Assembly: GCA_964561005.1 (NCBI GenBank)
Contig: CAZLNO010000002.1
Coordinates: 12,073-76,072, forward strand
DNA length: 64,000 nt
DNA from: an uncultured Rhodovibrionaceae bacterium
GTDB taxonomy: Bacteria; Pseudomonadota; Alphaproteobacteria; Kiloniellales; Rhodovibrionaceae
Direction: 5' to 3'
Each line of letters begins with the position of its first letter. The stretch's first letter is position 1. Shown here in pieces: positions 29,695-39,472 of the stretch. Below the pieces are notes generated by a model. It saw only the letters and a program-made list of their open reading frames with translations. It did not search any database and was not told where the DNA came from. Made by a program: the position numbers and the translations under genes.

Positions 29695-31497
29695 ATGACG
29701 TTCACCACGCGCCCGGAGATCCGGGGCACGCATGGCGCCGTGGCCTCGACGCACTGGCTGGCATCGGCCGCCGGCATGGCGATCCTGGAAAAGGGCGGCA
29801 ACGCCTTCGACGCCGCCGTGGCCACGGGCTTCGTACTGCAGGTGGTGGAACCGCACCTGAACGGCCCCGGCGGCGAGGTGCCGATCCTGCTCTGGGATTC
29901 CCGCGAGCGCCAGCCGAGCGTCATCTGCGGCCAGGGCGTGGCGCCGGAGCGGGCGACCATTGCCGCGTACCGCGGCCTGGGACTCAGCCTTGTGCCGGGG
30001 ACCGGCCTGCTGGCCAGCGTGGTGCCAGGCGCTTTCGACGCCTGGATGGTGCTGCTGCGCGACCACGGCACGCTGCCCCTGCGCGAGGTGCTGGAACCGG
30101 CGATCGGCTACGCCAACGGCGGCTTTCCCCTGGTGCCGCGGATCAGTCACGCCATCGCCCACGTCGCCGACCTCTTCCGCGATGAATGGACCAGCTCCGC
30201 CGCCGTCTACCTGCCCGGCGACGGCGTGCCCGCGCCGGGCAGCCTGTTCAGCAATCCGCGCCTGGCGCAGACCTACCACCGCATCGTCGACGAGGCCGAA
30301 CGGCGCGGCCGCGGCCGCGACGGCCAGATCGAGGCGGCGCGCCATTGCTGGGCCGAGGGCTTCGTCGCCGAGGCCATCGCCCGCTTCTGCCGCAGCCGCG
30401 AGGTCATGGACAGTACCGGCCATCGTCACGCCGGCATGCTGAGCGAGGACGACCTGGCGCGCTGGCGGGCCACCAAGGAGGCGCCGGCGACCGGCGACTA
30501 TGCCGGGTTGACCGTCTGCAAGGGCGGCGTCTGGAGCCAGGGACCGGTGCTGCTGCAGCAACTGGCGCTGCTGAAGGGCTTCGACCTGGACGCGATGGAC
30601 CCGCTCGGGCCCGATTTCGTGCATACCGTGGTGGAGTGCGCCAAGCTGGCGTTCGCCGACCGCGAGTCCTTCTACGGCGACCCCGCGTTCGTCCAGGTGC
30701 CGATGGACACCCTGCTGTCCGCGGACTATGCGGCCAGGCGCCGCGCCCTGGTGGGCGAGACGGCCTCGCGCGAGCTGCGGCCGGGCGATATCCCCGGCCA
30801 CGGGGCGCCGCTGGACGACCTCTTGCGCACCGCGGCCGCCGCCGAGCCGGCCGCGACCGCGCTGGGCGGCGGCGAGCCGACGGTGCAGGACGGCCCGCCC
30901 CAGGACGCGGGGCCGGGCGATACCTGCCATCTCGACGTCGTGGACCGCCACGGCAACATCGTTTCCGCCACGCCCTCGGGCGGCTGGCTGCAATCCTCGC
31001 CGGTGATCCCGGAACTGGGCTTCTGCCTGAACACGCGGGCGCAGATGTTCTGGCTGGAGGAGGACCACCCCAACACCATCGCCCCGGGCAAGCGTCCACG
31101 CACCACGCTGTCCGCGAATCTGGCGCTCAAGGACGGCCAGCCGGTTCTGGCCTGGGGCACGCCCGGCGGCGACTACCAGGACCAGTGGTCGCTCACCTTC
31201 CTGCTGCGACACCTGCACCAGGGGATGAACCTGCAGGAGGCCATCGACGCCCCGATGTTCCAGACCGACCACATGCCGGCCTCCTTCCATCCCCGCGCCT
31301 GCCGTCCCGGCAGCCTGACCCTGGAGGACCGCTTCCCCCAGGCCACGACGGACGAACTGAAGCGGCGCGGCCATGAGGTCGAGGTGGTGGACGGCTGGTC
31401 GCTGGGCCGGCTGTCCGCCGTCGGCCGCGAGCCGGACGGCCAGATCAAGGCCGCCGCCAATCCCCGCTTCATGCAGGGCTACGCCATCGGGCGATAG
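29695..31497 (+). CDS. Gamma-glutamyltransferase family protein (Ntn hydrolase)
   Basis: N-terminus GTHGAVASTHWLASAAGMAILEKGGNAFDAAVA. The autoprocessing/nucleophile region GDTCHLDVVDRHGNIVSATPSGG is typical of GGT-like enzymes. Confidence 0.85.
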   Translation: MTFTTRPEIRGTHGAVASTHWLASAAGMAILEKGGNAFDAAVATGFVLQVVEPHLNGPGGEVPILLWDSRERQPSVICGQGVAPERATIAAYRGLGLSLVPGTGLLASVVPGAFDAWMVLLRDHGTLPLREVLEPAIGYANGGFPLVPRISHAIAHVADLFRDEWTSSAAVYLPGDGVPAPGSLFSNPRLAQTYHRIVDEAERRGRGRDGQIEAARHCWAEGFVAEAIARFCRSREVMDSTGHRHAGMLSEDDLARWRATKEAPATGDYAGLTVCKGGVWSQGPVLLQQLALLKGFDLDAMDPLGPDFVHTVVECAKLAFADRESFYGDPAFVQVPMDTLLSADYAARRRALVGETASRELRPGDIPGHGAPLDDLLRTAAAAEPAATALGGGEPTVQDGPPQDAGPGDTCHLDVVDRHGNIVSATPSGGWLQSSPVIPELGFCLNTRAQMFWLEEDHPNTIAPGKRPRTTLSANLALKDGQPVLAWGTPGGDYQDQWSLTFLLRHLHQGMNLQEAIDAPMFQTDHMPASFHPRACRPGSLTLEDRFPQATTDELKRRGHEVEVVDGWSLGRLSAVGREPDGQIKAAANPRFMQGYAIGR

Positions 31498-31523
31498 GAG
31501 GCGACGGCCCGGAACCCTCATGG

Positions 31524-31659
31524 GGCAGGTATGATACCGCTCGACAAATGAAACCGTACATTTGGATGGCCTCATGCTTCGACAAGCTCAGCATGAGGTC
31601 CTCGTCCTGAGCTTGTCGAAGGACGAGTCCAATCAAACGTCGAGCGGTATGAGCCTGCC
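31524..31659. mobile_element. MITE-like nested palindromic element (136 bp) with about 21-bp imperfect terminal inverted repeats
   Basis: Left end is GGCAGGTATGATACCGCTCGAC. The right end GTCGAGCGGTATGAGCCTGCC is its imperfect reverse complement. Two internal palindromes lie at 31570-31598 and 31601-31627, and their loops are mutually complementary. The core translates to the familiar LSLSKHE/RQAQHE pseudo-peptides. Confidence 0.6.
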
Positions 31660-31825
31660 AAAGGGCGGTCCTGGCACGCTGAAGCGTGCCCTGCGATTCC
31701 GAGGTTCCGGACGGAAACCCGGGAGCCTTTGGCGGCCGGCGCGCGTTACTGTTCCGGCGCTTCGGGCAAGAGGCCCGCGCCGGCCGCCAGATGGCCGCTT
31801 CAGACAAACCGCGAGCCGCGACGCC

Positions 31826-33901
31826 ATGCCGTCCGACCCGAAGGCGAACGACACGCGCGGCCAGGGTGCCGCCAACGCACCGACGCGGGCGACGACGGCC
31901 GGTCGGCCGGTCCCCCACCCCGGCCACTTCCCACCAGAGGTGCCGTGGCTGCTCCAGGCCAGCGGCCTCTACGCCGAGGGTCCAGGACCCGGCGACGACC
32001 GGCGGGAGGAGCTGCGCCTGGACGTCGACGGGCTGTACCCGCAGATGACGGCCAGCGGGACGATCCAGGACGGTTTCCGCGCACGACTGAACTGGATCGC
32101 CCGCCTGAACCCGGCCGGCCACAACGCCTGGACCGGCGAGATCTGGTACAAGGACGGCGACAGCACGATGCTGCCGCAGTCCGAGGTGACGATCCAGGCG
32201 GTCACCAGCTTCTTCACCCATCAGCGCAAGGCCACGGTGACCTTCACGGGCGGCGGCGCGGCGCGCACGCGGGAGCTGCCCTACGCCTCGGCCTACTTCC
32301 GCCCGGTCGAGTTCGAATACGACCACGAGGCCGGGGTGACGCCGGTCGTCGCCTACGACCCCGGCGCACACCCGAACCGACCGGCGACGTTGCCCGACGG
32401 CGAGCTGTCGATCGAGACCGTGTTCCACCGCGCCGGCTTCGACGCCCGGCGCAACGCGGCGGCGACGGAAATCGCGCACGAGGGGCCGGACCCGGATTCC
32501 ACCTGGTCCGACGCCGAGATGCACGACGCGATGCAGAGCTACTGGTCGCGCTTCGCCGACGCCCCGCAGTGGGCGCTCTGGGTCCTCTTCGCCCGGCGGC
32601 ACGACTGGGGTCCCTTCCTGGGCGGCCTGATGTTCGACAAGATCGGCCCGAACGAGCGCCAGGGCTCGGCGGTCTTCACCGACAGCTTCCTGGCCGAGCC
32701 GCCCGAAAGCGACCCGGCACCGGCCGCGTGGACACGGCGCATGACCTTCTGGGCGGCAGTGCACGAGATGGGGCACGCCTTCAACCTGGCGCACTCCTGG
32801 CAGAAGCACGGCGGCACGCCCTGGACCGGTCTCGCCCCCAACCCCGAGGCGCGCAGCTTCATGAACTACCCGCAGGAGGTCGAGGGCGGCCAGCGCGCCT
32901 TCTTCGCCGACTTCGCCTTCCGCTTCGCCGATCCGGAACTGGTGTTCCTGCGCCACGCGCCGGCGCGCTTCGTGCAGCAGGGCCACGCCGCCTGGTACGA
33001 CGACCACGGTTTCCTTGGCGCCGCGGTCAGCCCGGAGCCCGGCTTCGCCCTGGAGCTGCGGGTCGACCGGGCGCCGCCGGTCTTCGAGTTCCTGGAGCCG
33101 GTGGTCCTGGAGCTGAAGCTGAGCAACGTCTCGGACGCCCCGAAGCTGGTGCCGGCCGATGTCCTGCGGCACGGCGAGGACATGACCGTCGTCGTCAAGC
33201 GCGACGGCCAGCCGGCGCGGCAATGGCGGCCCTTCGCGCACTATTGCAGCCGCGCCGAGACCGCCGTCCTCGACAAGGGCGCAAGCTGGACCGAAAGCCT
33301 CTTCGTCGGCGCCGGCCGCGACGGCTGGGCCCTGGCCGAGCCGGGGCTGTACACCGTGCAGGTCGCGCTGGCGCTGCATGGCGAGGACGTCGTCTCCGCC
33401 CCGCTGCGCCTGCGCGTGACGCCCCCGCCCGGCTTCGAGGCGGAGCTGGTGGCCCAGGACGTCTTCACCGACGACGCCGGGCGGGTGATGGCGCTGGACG
33501 GCTCGCGGGTGCTGGAGGCGGGCAACGACGCCTGGCGCGAACTGCTGGCCCGGCTGCCGGAGTCCAGGGCCGCCATCCACGCCCGCGTCTGCCTGGCCTT
33601 GCCGGACAAGCGCAACTACCGCGTCCTGCGCATCGACGCGGCGCGGGAGGCCGTCGCCCTCGACGGTCGCGCCGCCAGGGCCGCCTTCGCCGTGCGGCCG
33701 AAACAACCGGACAGCGCGCGGGCGGAACTCGACAAGGCGCTGCTGGAGGACCCCGAGGCCGCCGCCGTCACCCTGGGCCGGGAGGACTACACCTACTACG
33801 CCGCGAACTACGCCGCCTGGCTGAAGGCCAACGGCGACGCCAAGGCCGCGAAGACTGTGGCCGACAAGGCGAAAAAGGCGGCGAAGCGGGCGATTGCGTG
33901 A
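31826..33901 (+). CDS. Uncharacterised metzincin-like zinc metalloprotease domain protein (691 aa)
   Basis: Inside ORF 31562..33901; the upstream part of that ORF runs through the repeat element. ATG at 31826. HEMGHAFNLAH (HExxHxxxxxH) is encoded at 32762-32794, followed about 20 aa later by a Met-turn-like SFMNY (32855-32869). No signal peptide, and a Lys/Ala-rich C-terminal tail. Confidence 0.6.
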   Translation: MPSDPKANDTRGQGAANAPTRATTAGRPVPHPGHFPPEVPWLLQASGLYAEGPGPGDDRREELRLDVDGLYPQMTASGTIQDGFRARLNWIARLNPAGHNAWTGEIWYKDGDSTMLPQSEVTIQAVTSFFTHQRKATVTFTGGGAARTRELPYASAYFRPVEFEYDHEAGVTPVVAYDPGAHPNRPATLPDGELSIETVFHRAGFDARRNAAATEIAHEGPDPDSTWSDAEMHDAMQSYWSRFADAPQWALWVLFARRHDWGPFLGGLMFDKIGPNERQGSAVFTDSFLAEPPESDPAPAAWTRRMTFWAAVHEMGHAFNLAHSWQKHGGTPWTGLAPNPEARSFMNYPQEVEGGQRAFFADFAFRFADPELVFLRHAPARFVQQGHAAWYDDHGFLGAAVSPEPGFALELRVDRAPPVFEFLEPVVLELKLSNVSDAPKLVPADVLRHGEDMTVVVKRDGQPARQWRPFAHYCSRAETAVLDKGASWTESLFVGAGRDGWALAEPGLYTVQVALALHGEDVVSAPLRLRVTPPPGFEAELVAQDVFTDDAGRVMALDGSRVLEAGNDAWRELLARLPESRAAIHARVCLALPDKRNYRVLRIDAAREAVALDGRAARAAFAVRPKQPDSARAELDKALLEDPEAAAVTLGREDYTYYAANYAAWLKANGDAKAAKTVADKAKKAAKRAIA

Positions 33902-33967
33902 CGTGGCCGGCGGGCTGAATTGCCGGCCGGGGTCCCTGGCCTATAGGCGGCAAGTTAAGGCGGGTTG

Positions 33968-34037
33968 CCGGTCGGGAGCTTGCTCCCGACCGGAACGTTT
34001 TTGGGAAACGTAAGGGGCGCGGGCAAGCCCACGCCCC
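33968..34037 (-). repeat. Double-hairpin intergenic repeat, copy 2 (minus sense, just downstream of the DDAH-like gene)
   Basis: On the plus strand it reads CCGGTCGGGAGC-TT-GCTCCCGACCGG ... GGGGCGCGGGCAAGCCCACGCCCC. This is the reverse complement of the unit seen at 2213-2294 and 57642-57726. Confidence 0.75.
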
Positions 34038-34063
34038 GCGATGTGGCGCGCGCTGCACCCCCC

Positions 34064-34981
34064 TTAACAACGCTCCAGGGGCCGCGTCAGGCAGGTGGGG
34101 CCGCCCACGCCCCGGACCGAGATGTGCTCGCCCGGATAGGTCAGCACCTCGCAGCCGGCCTTCTCCAGACGCTCGCGGGTCAGCGGGCAGCCCTCCGCCA
34201 TCACCACCTTGCGCGGGGCCAGCGCCAGCACGTTGCTGCCCTGGCGCTCGAACTCCTCGTCCGGCACCTCGACGAAGGTCACGTCGCGGTCCTTCAGCCA
34301 GCGGCGGAAGGGCACCGGCATCAGCGGCGCGTAGACCACCGCGAGATCGGCGTCCACCGGGCTGATCAGCGACATCAGGTGCAGGCACATCTCCGGCCCG
34401 CGGTAGTGCGGCAGTGGCACCGGCTCGACATGCACGGCCGGGCCCAGAAGCTGCTGAAGCTGCCGGATGCCCTCGCTGTTCGTCCGGTAGGCCTGGCCCA
34501 CGGCGCAGGTCTGGCGGTCGAACCAGACCATGTCGCCGCCTTCCAGGTAGCCCGGCGGCTCGATCTCGCCCAACAGGGAATAGCCCGCCTCGCCCAGCGC
34601 GGCGGCGTTCAGCGCGGGCTCCTCGGCGCGGTAGGGCCGGGCCATGCGGCAGGCGACCAGCCCGCGCGGCGTGACCAGCGTGGCGTCGCGCGCATAGATC
34701 GCCGGCGCGGTCAGCCGCTCGTCGAAGGGCAGTTCCAGGACCTCGGCGCCGGCGCCGCGCAGGACCTCCAGAAAGCCCTCGTATTCCGCCACGGCGCGGT
34801 CATAGTCGGGCGCCGCCAGGAACTCCTGGGCCTGCCAGTTGCGGTCGAGATAGCGCTGGTCCCGGAAGTGCGCGCGCGGATGTCGCACCGCCACGCGGCG
34901 AAGCTGACCGTGCTCGTTCAAGCCGACCTCCTTGGCGCCTCGCGCCGCGCGATCGATCCAGGAATCGGGGCTCCTCGGCAA
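34064..34981 (-). CDS. Dimethylarginine dimethylaminohydrolase / amidinotransferase superfamily protein
   Basis: C-terminal catalytic-Cys motif GGPTCLTRPL, plus the HLMS (His) and GGDMV motifs typical of guanidino-group modifying enzymes. Confidence 0.75.
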   Translation of the reverse strand: MPRSPDSWIDRAARGAKEVGLNEHGQLRRVAVRHPRAHFRDQRYLDRNWQAQEFLAAPDYDRAVAEYEGFLEVLRGAGAEVLELPFDERLTAPAIYARDATLVTPRGLVACRMARPYRAEEPALNAAALGEAGYSLLGEIEPPGYLEGGDMVWFDRQTCAVGQAYRTNSEGIRQLQQLLGPAVHVEPVPLPHYRGPEMCLHLMSLISPVDADLAVVYAPLMPVPFRRWLKDRDVTFVEVPDEEFERQGSNVLALAPRKVVMAEGCPLTRERLEKAGCEVLTYPGEHISVRGVGGPTCLTRPLERC

Positions 34982-35109
34982 TTCGACTACAGCCTATGAC
35001 ATAACGCCGCAAGCCTGCGAAGGGCTGCGGAGCGGCTCGCCAGGCGCGTCCGGCGCCCGCCGGCGATCGGCCATTGCCTGCCGCGCCGCCGGCGCTACCC
35101 TGCGCCGCC

Positions 35110-36462
35110 ATGAATGCCGAGCCGACGACCACCGCCCCCGACACTCCAACGCAACCGCCGGGCCGGCACCGCCGCGTCTGGCGGCTGGCCTTTCCCATCG
35201 TCCTGTCGAACCTCTCGACGCCGCTGCTGGGCGCCGTCGACACCGGCGTGATGGGGCATCTGCCCGACGCCGCCTATGTGGGCGCGGTGGCCGTGGGGGC
35301 GATGATCTTCTCCTTCCTCTACTGGGGCTTCGGCTTCCTGCGCATGGGCACCACGGGGTTCACCGCGCAGGCCTTCGGGGCCGGCGACCGGGCGGAGCTG
35401 CGCGCCACGCTGGGCCGGCCGCTGCTGCTGGCGGTCGGGCTGGGCGCGCTGCTGATCGCCCTGCAATGGCCGATCCAGGCGCTGGCCTTTCATCTGGTGC
35501 ACGCCGGCGACCAGGTGGAGGCCCTGGCGCGGCGGTACTACGCGGTGCGGATCTGGAGCGCGCCCTTCGCGCTGGTCAACTACGCGGTACTGGGCTGGCT
35601 GCTGGGCACGCAGCGGGCGCGGCTGGCGCTGCTGCTCCAGGTCACGCTGAACGGCGCGAACATCGCGCTGGACCTGCTGTTCGTGGTGGGCCTGGGCTGG
35701 ACCGTCGAGGGCGTCGCGCTGGCCAGCGTGCTGGCGGAGATGCTGGCGGCGGCGCTGGGCCTGGCGCTCTGCGCGGCCATCCTGCGGCGCGAGGGCGGGC
35801 GCTGGTCCTGGGCGCGGATCGCCGAGCGCGCGCGTCTCGCGGCGCTGTTCCGGGTGAACCGCGACATCTTCCTGCGCACGCTGAGCCTGATCGCCGCCTT
35901 TGCCTACTTCACCGCCAAGGGCGCGGAGATGGGCGAGGTCCGCCTGGCCGCCAACGCCATCCTGATGCAGCTTCAGCAGTTCCTGTCCTTCGGCCTGGAC
36001 GGCTTCGCCCACGCCGCCGAGATTCTGGTGGGCAGCGCCTTCGGCCGCCGCGACCGCCAGGCACTGCGCGACGCCGTGCGGGTCTCGACCCTGTGGGCGC
36101 TGGGGCTGGCGGCGGTCTACGCGCTGATCCTGGCGGGGCTGGGGCCGCTGATCCTCTCCGCCTTCACCAGTATCGAGACGGTGCGCGCGGCGGCGCTGAC
36201 CTATCTGCCCTGGATGATCCTCTCGCCCTTCGTCAGCGTCTGGGCCTTCCAGCTCGACGGCATCTTCATCGGCGCCACCCGCACCACGCCGATGCGCAAC
36301 GCCATGGTGGCCTCGCTGGCGATCTACCTGCTGGCGGTCTGGGTGCTGGTGCCCTGGCTGGGCAACCACGGGCTCTGGCTGGCGCTCATGGTCTTCCTGG
36401 CGGCCCGCGGCCTCACCCTGGGCGCCGCCTATCCCGCGCTGGCGCGGGCGGTGGAGAGGTAG
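35110..36462 (+). CDS. MATE family efflux transporter (DinF-like)
   Basis: Inside ORF 35074..36462, ATG at 35110. The N-terminus RRVWRLAFPIVLSNLSTPLLGAVDTGVMGHL is typical of MATE proteins, and the hydrophobicity pattern suggests 12 TM segments. Confidence 0.85.
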   Translation: MNAEPTTTAPDTPTQPPGRHRRVWRLAFPIVLSNLSTPLLGAVDTGVMGHLPDAAYVGAVAVGAMIFSFLYWGFGFLRMGTTGFTAQAFGAGDRAELRATLGRPLLLAVGLGALLIALQWPIQALAFHLVHAGDQVEALARRYYAVRIWSAPFALVNYAVLGWLLGTQRARLALLLQVTLNGANIALDLLFVVGLGWTVEGVALASVLAEMLAAALGLALCAAILRREGGRWSWARIAERARLAALFRVNRDIFLRTLSLIAAFAYFTAKGAEMGEVRLAANAILMQLQQFLSFGLDGFAHAAEILVGSAFGRRDRQALRDAVRVSTLWALGLAAVYALILAGLGPLILSAFTSIETVRAAALTYLPWMILSPFVSVWAFQLDGIFIGATRTTPMRNAMVASLAIYLLAVWVLVPWLGNHGLWLALMVFLAARGLTLGAAYPALARAVER

Positions 36463-36480
36463 GACGGGACGCCGCGTGGC

Positions 36481-37614
36481 CTACAACGGCGGAACGTCCC
36501 CCTCCGCCCAGGAAGCCTGAAGGGCCTCGGCGCGGCCGTCCAGGGTGCCCTCGGCGATGCCGGCGCGCAGTTCCGCCATCAGCTCCTGGTAGTAATGCAG
36601 GTTGTGCTGGGTCAGCAGCATGGGCCCCAGCATCTCCTCCGCCCGCACCAGATGGTGCAGGTAGGCGCGCGAGAAGGTCGTGCACACCGGGCAGCCGCAG
36701 TCGGCGTCGAGCGGCCGCGGATCGGCGCGGTGGCGGGCATTGCGGATGTTGACCGGGCCGCGGCCGGTGAAGGCCTGCGCCGTGCGGCCGGAGCGCGTGG
36801 GCAGCACGCAGTCGAACATGTCGATGCCGCGCCGCACCGCGCCCACGATGTCTTCCGGCCGGCCGACGCCCATCAGGTAGCGCGGCTTGCCCGCGGGCAG
36901 CGCTGGCACGGTCACCTCCAGCACGCGGAACATCTCCGCCTGCCCCTCGCCCACCGCCAGGCCGCCGACGGCATGGCCCGGCAGGTCCAGGTCCGCCAGC
37001 GCCCATGCCGACTCCCGGCGCAGGTCGTCGAACACCCCGCCCTGCACGATGCCGAACAGCGCATGGCCGGGGCGGTCGCGAAAGGCCTCGCGGCAGCGCT
37101 CGGCCCAGCGCAGCGACAGCCGCGTGGACTCCGCCACCTTGTCGCGGGGCAGGCCGGCGGGCGGGCACTCGTCGAGCTGCATCGCGATGTCGGCGTCCAG
37201 CAGGTCCTGGATCTCCACCGCGCGTTCGGGGGTCAGCTCGTGCTCGCTGCCGTCGATGTGGGATTTGAACACCACCCCGCGCTCGTCGAGCTTGCGCAGC
37301 TTGGCCAGCGACATGACCTGGAAGCCGCCGCTGTCGGTCAGGATCGGGCCGGGCCAGGCCATGAAGCGGTGCAGCCCGCCCAGCTCGGCGATCAGCTCCG
37401 CCCCCGGCCGCAGCATCAGGTGGTAGGTGTTGCCCAGGATGATCTCGGCGCCGGTCGCCCGCACCTCGGCCGGGCGCATGGCCTTCACCGTGGCCGCCGT
37501 GCCGACCGGCATGAAGGCCGGGGTTTCCACCGTGCCATGCGCGGTCGTCAGCCGGCCCCGCCGCGCCGCGCCGTCGCTTGCCAGGACCTCGAAGCCGAAG
37601 GCGGGGGCGGTCAT
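36481..37614 (-). CDS. tgt: Queuine tRNA-ribosyltransferase
   Basis: [22 protein letters not shown] and the zinc site CxCxxC...H ([16 protein letters not shown]). Confidence 0.95.
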   Translation of the reverse strand: MTAPAFGFEVLASDGAARRGRLTTAHGTVETPAFMPVGTAATVKAMRPAEVRATGAEIILGNTYHLMLRPGAELIAELGGLHRFMAWPGPILTDSGGFQVMSLAKLRKLDERGVVFKSHIDGSEHELTPERAVEIQDLLDADIAMQLDECPPAGLPRDKVAESTRLSLRWAERCREAFRDRPGHALFGIVQGGVFDDLRRESAWALADLDLPGHAVGGLAVGEGQAEMFRVLEVTVPALPAGKPRYLMGVGRPEDIVGAVRRGIDMFDCVLPTRSGRTAQAFTGRGPVNIRNARHRADPRPLDADCGCPVCTTFSRAYLHHLVRAEEMLGPMLLTQHNLHYYQELMAELRAGIAEGTLDGRAEALQASWAEGDVPPL

Positions 37615-38657
37615 GCGCCGTCCGTCCGGTGCAGCAGGCAGGCGTCGCCGTAGGAATAGAAGCGATAGCCCGCCGCCTTGGCATGGGCATAGGCGGCCTG
37701 CATTCGTTCCGTCCCGGCGATGGCGCAGACCAGCATGAACAGCGTGGATCGCGGCAGGTGGAAGTTGGTGAACAGCAGGTCGACGATGCGGAAGCGATAG
37801 CCGGGCAGGATGAAGATGTCGCTCTCGCCGCGGAAGGGATGCAGCACGCCGCCCTCGTCGGCGGCGGTCTCCAGCAGGCGCAGCGCCGTGGTGCCGACGG
37901 CGACCACCCGTCCGCCCGCCGCGCGCGCGGCGTTGATCGCCTCGGCCGTGGCCGGCGCGATCTCCCCGGCCTCGCTGTGCATGGGGTGCTCGGCCGGGTC
38001 CTCGGCCTTCACCGGCAGGAAGGTGCCGGCCCCCACGTGCAGCGTCACGGTGACGCGCTTGACGCCCCGCGCGTCCAGCGCGTCGAGCAGTCGCTCGGTG
38101 AAGTGCAGGCCGGCCGTGGGCGCGGCGACCGCGCCGGGCCGCCGGGCGAAGACGGTCTGATAGTCGTCGCGGTCCCGGTCTTCCGGCCCCTCGGGGCGCT
38201 CGATGTAGGGCGGCAGCGGCATGGCGCCCACGCGCTCCAGGGTCGCCAGGAGGTCGGGTCCGCCGCGGTCGAAGCGCAGCACCACCTCGCCGCCCTCGCC
38301 CTTTTCGACGACCTCGGCGCTCAGCTCCTCGCCGAAGGTGACGGTCTCACCGGGGCGCAGGCGCTTGGCCGGCCGGGCGAAGGTGCGCCAGATCGTGCCG
38401 TCGGCGCCGTCCGGCTTGTGCAGCGTCACCTCGACGCGCGCCGCCCCACGCCGGCCGAACAGCCGCGCCGGGATCACGCGGGTGTCGTTGAACACCGCCA
38501 CGTCGCCGGGCCGCAGCAGCTCCGGCAGGTCGCGAACGTGGCGGTCGTGCAGCGCATCCGGCCGGACCTCCAGCAGTCGCGCGGCGTCGCGCGGGCGCAC
38601 CGGGTGCTGCGCGACGAAGGATCTGGGGAGGTCGAAATCGAAGTCTTTCGTGCGCAT
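37611..38657 (-). CDS. queA: S-adenosylmethionine:tRNA ribosyltransferase-isomerase
   Basis: Inside ORF 37611..38705; ATG at 38657 gives [17 protein letters not shown] and TLHVGAGTF motifs are present. The stop overlaps the tgt start by 4 nt. Confidence 0.95.
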   Translation of the reverse strand: MRTKDFDFDLPRSFVAQHPVRPRDAARLLEVRPDALHDRHVRDLPELLRPGDVAVFNDTRVIPARLFGRRGAARVEVTLHKPDGADGTIWRTFARPAKRLRPGETVTFGEELSAEVVEKGEGGEVVLRFDRGGPDLLATLERVGAMPLPPYIERPEGPEDRDRDDYQTVFARRPGAVAAPTAGLHFTERLLDALDARGVKRVTVTLHVGAGTFLPVKAEDPAEHPMHSEAGEIAPATAEAINAARAAGGRVVAVGTTALRLLETAADEGGVLHPFRGESDIFILPGYRFRIVDLLFTNFHLPRSTLFMLVCAIAGTERMQAAYAHAKAAGYRFYSYGDACLLHRTDGA

Positions 38658-38730
38658 CCGACGGTCGGTCCCGGGGATTGGACAGGCGGCGCCGTCGATT
38701 AGCACCGAACGACCGCGCGGCGAAAGGGGC

Positions 38731-39381
38731 TTACGCCGAAACCGCCGCGACCCGCGCGTCCTGGCGCACGCCCAGGATCAGGCGCTCGCGGGTCACCTGC
38801 CCCAGCATGTGGAAGGGGCGATGCCGGCTGTCGTCGAAGCCGGGGCCGCGCATCAGCAGAAGGTCGCCCTCTTGGGCGTCGATGCACCGGGCGTTGCGGC
38901 CCTGGCGGTCGTCGCAGACGAAGAAGTCGCCGGCGCCGTCGATCACAAGTATGCCGATCAGGTTGACGTAGCGGATGTGGTCGCGGTGGGGCGAAATTCC
39001 ACACGGAACCGGCTGGTAGCGCTGCACCACCAGATCGTTGAAGTCGATGGCGGAAAAGGGCGGCCGCGCCATGTTTTCCAGGGCGGCGTTCACAAGCCCG
39101 GAAAGAGCCGCCGCGCAGCGCCCGTAGGGACCGTCACGCGGCACGTCGTCGCAAATCTCGAAGTCCTGGGTCACGGCCTTCTCGCCCTCACCGACCACAG
39201 GCCTGGCGGGACGGAAAGCCAGATCGGCGGTGGCCTCCCGCAGCCGGCGCCGGCCGGCAGCGCCGAGCACCGGAACCGCCGCCGCGTCCTCTGTCCGGAT
39301 TCGTTCCAGACAGGCCATCATCGCGGCGGCATCGGCCTCGATCAGCCCGGACGCCCGGGACGCGGACAGGAATTCGGTCAT
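38731..39381 (-). CDS. Hypothetical protein, possible Fe(II)/2-oxoglutarate dioxygenase fold
   Basis: ATG at 39381. HxD (SPHRDH), then a distal His (RPFHML) and Arg (RERLILGVR), with spacing compatible with the 2OG-oxygenase facial triad. This is motif-level evidence only. Confidence 0.45.
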   Translation of the reverse strand: MTEFLSASRASGLIEADAAAMMACLERIRTEDAAAVPVLGAAGRRRLREATADLAFRPARPVVGEGEKAVTQDFEICDDVPRDGPYGRCAAALSGLVNAALENMARPPFSAIDFNDLVVQRYQPVPCGISPHRDHIRYVNLIGILVIDGAGDFFVCDDRQGRNARCIDAQEGDLLLMRGPGFDDSRHRPFHMLGQVTRERLILGVRQDARVAAVSA

Positions 39382-39472
39382 GCGCGTAAAAGCACCTCCC
39401 AACCCTGGATTGTAGGGTGGAAGGTGCTTTCGGCAAAGCCTCCAGCGGTCCTCGGCGCCAGGGCCGGGCCGC

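Noticed and set aside
28213-31575. Very long ORFs on the opposite strand or out of frame relative to recognisable genes: 415..2046(-), 2200..4296(+), 2321..4597(-), 17007..19331(+), 17044..19287(-), 28213..31575(-), 31469..33706(-), 31729..33918(+), 41470..45078(-), 41874..45110(+), 52881..56141(+), 52891..56211(-), 62682..63968(-)
   Set aside because: Their translations are Arg/Pro/Gly/Ala/His-rich low-complexity strings with no motifs. Each is fully shadowed by a gene with clear family signatures in another frame. Stop codons are rare in all frames at about 70% GC, so long shadow ORFs are expected.
31562-31825. 5' extension of the metalloprotease ORF encoding MLRQAQHEVLVLSLSKDES...
   Set aside because: These are typical pseudo-peptides generated by the palindromic repeat element at 31524-31659. 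The start was moved to the first ATG downstream of the element (31826).
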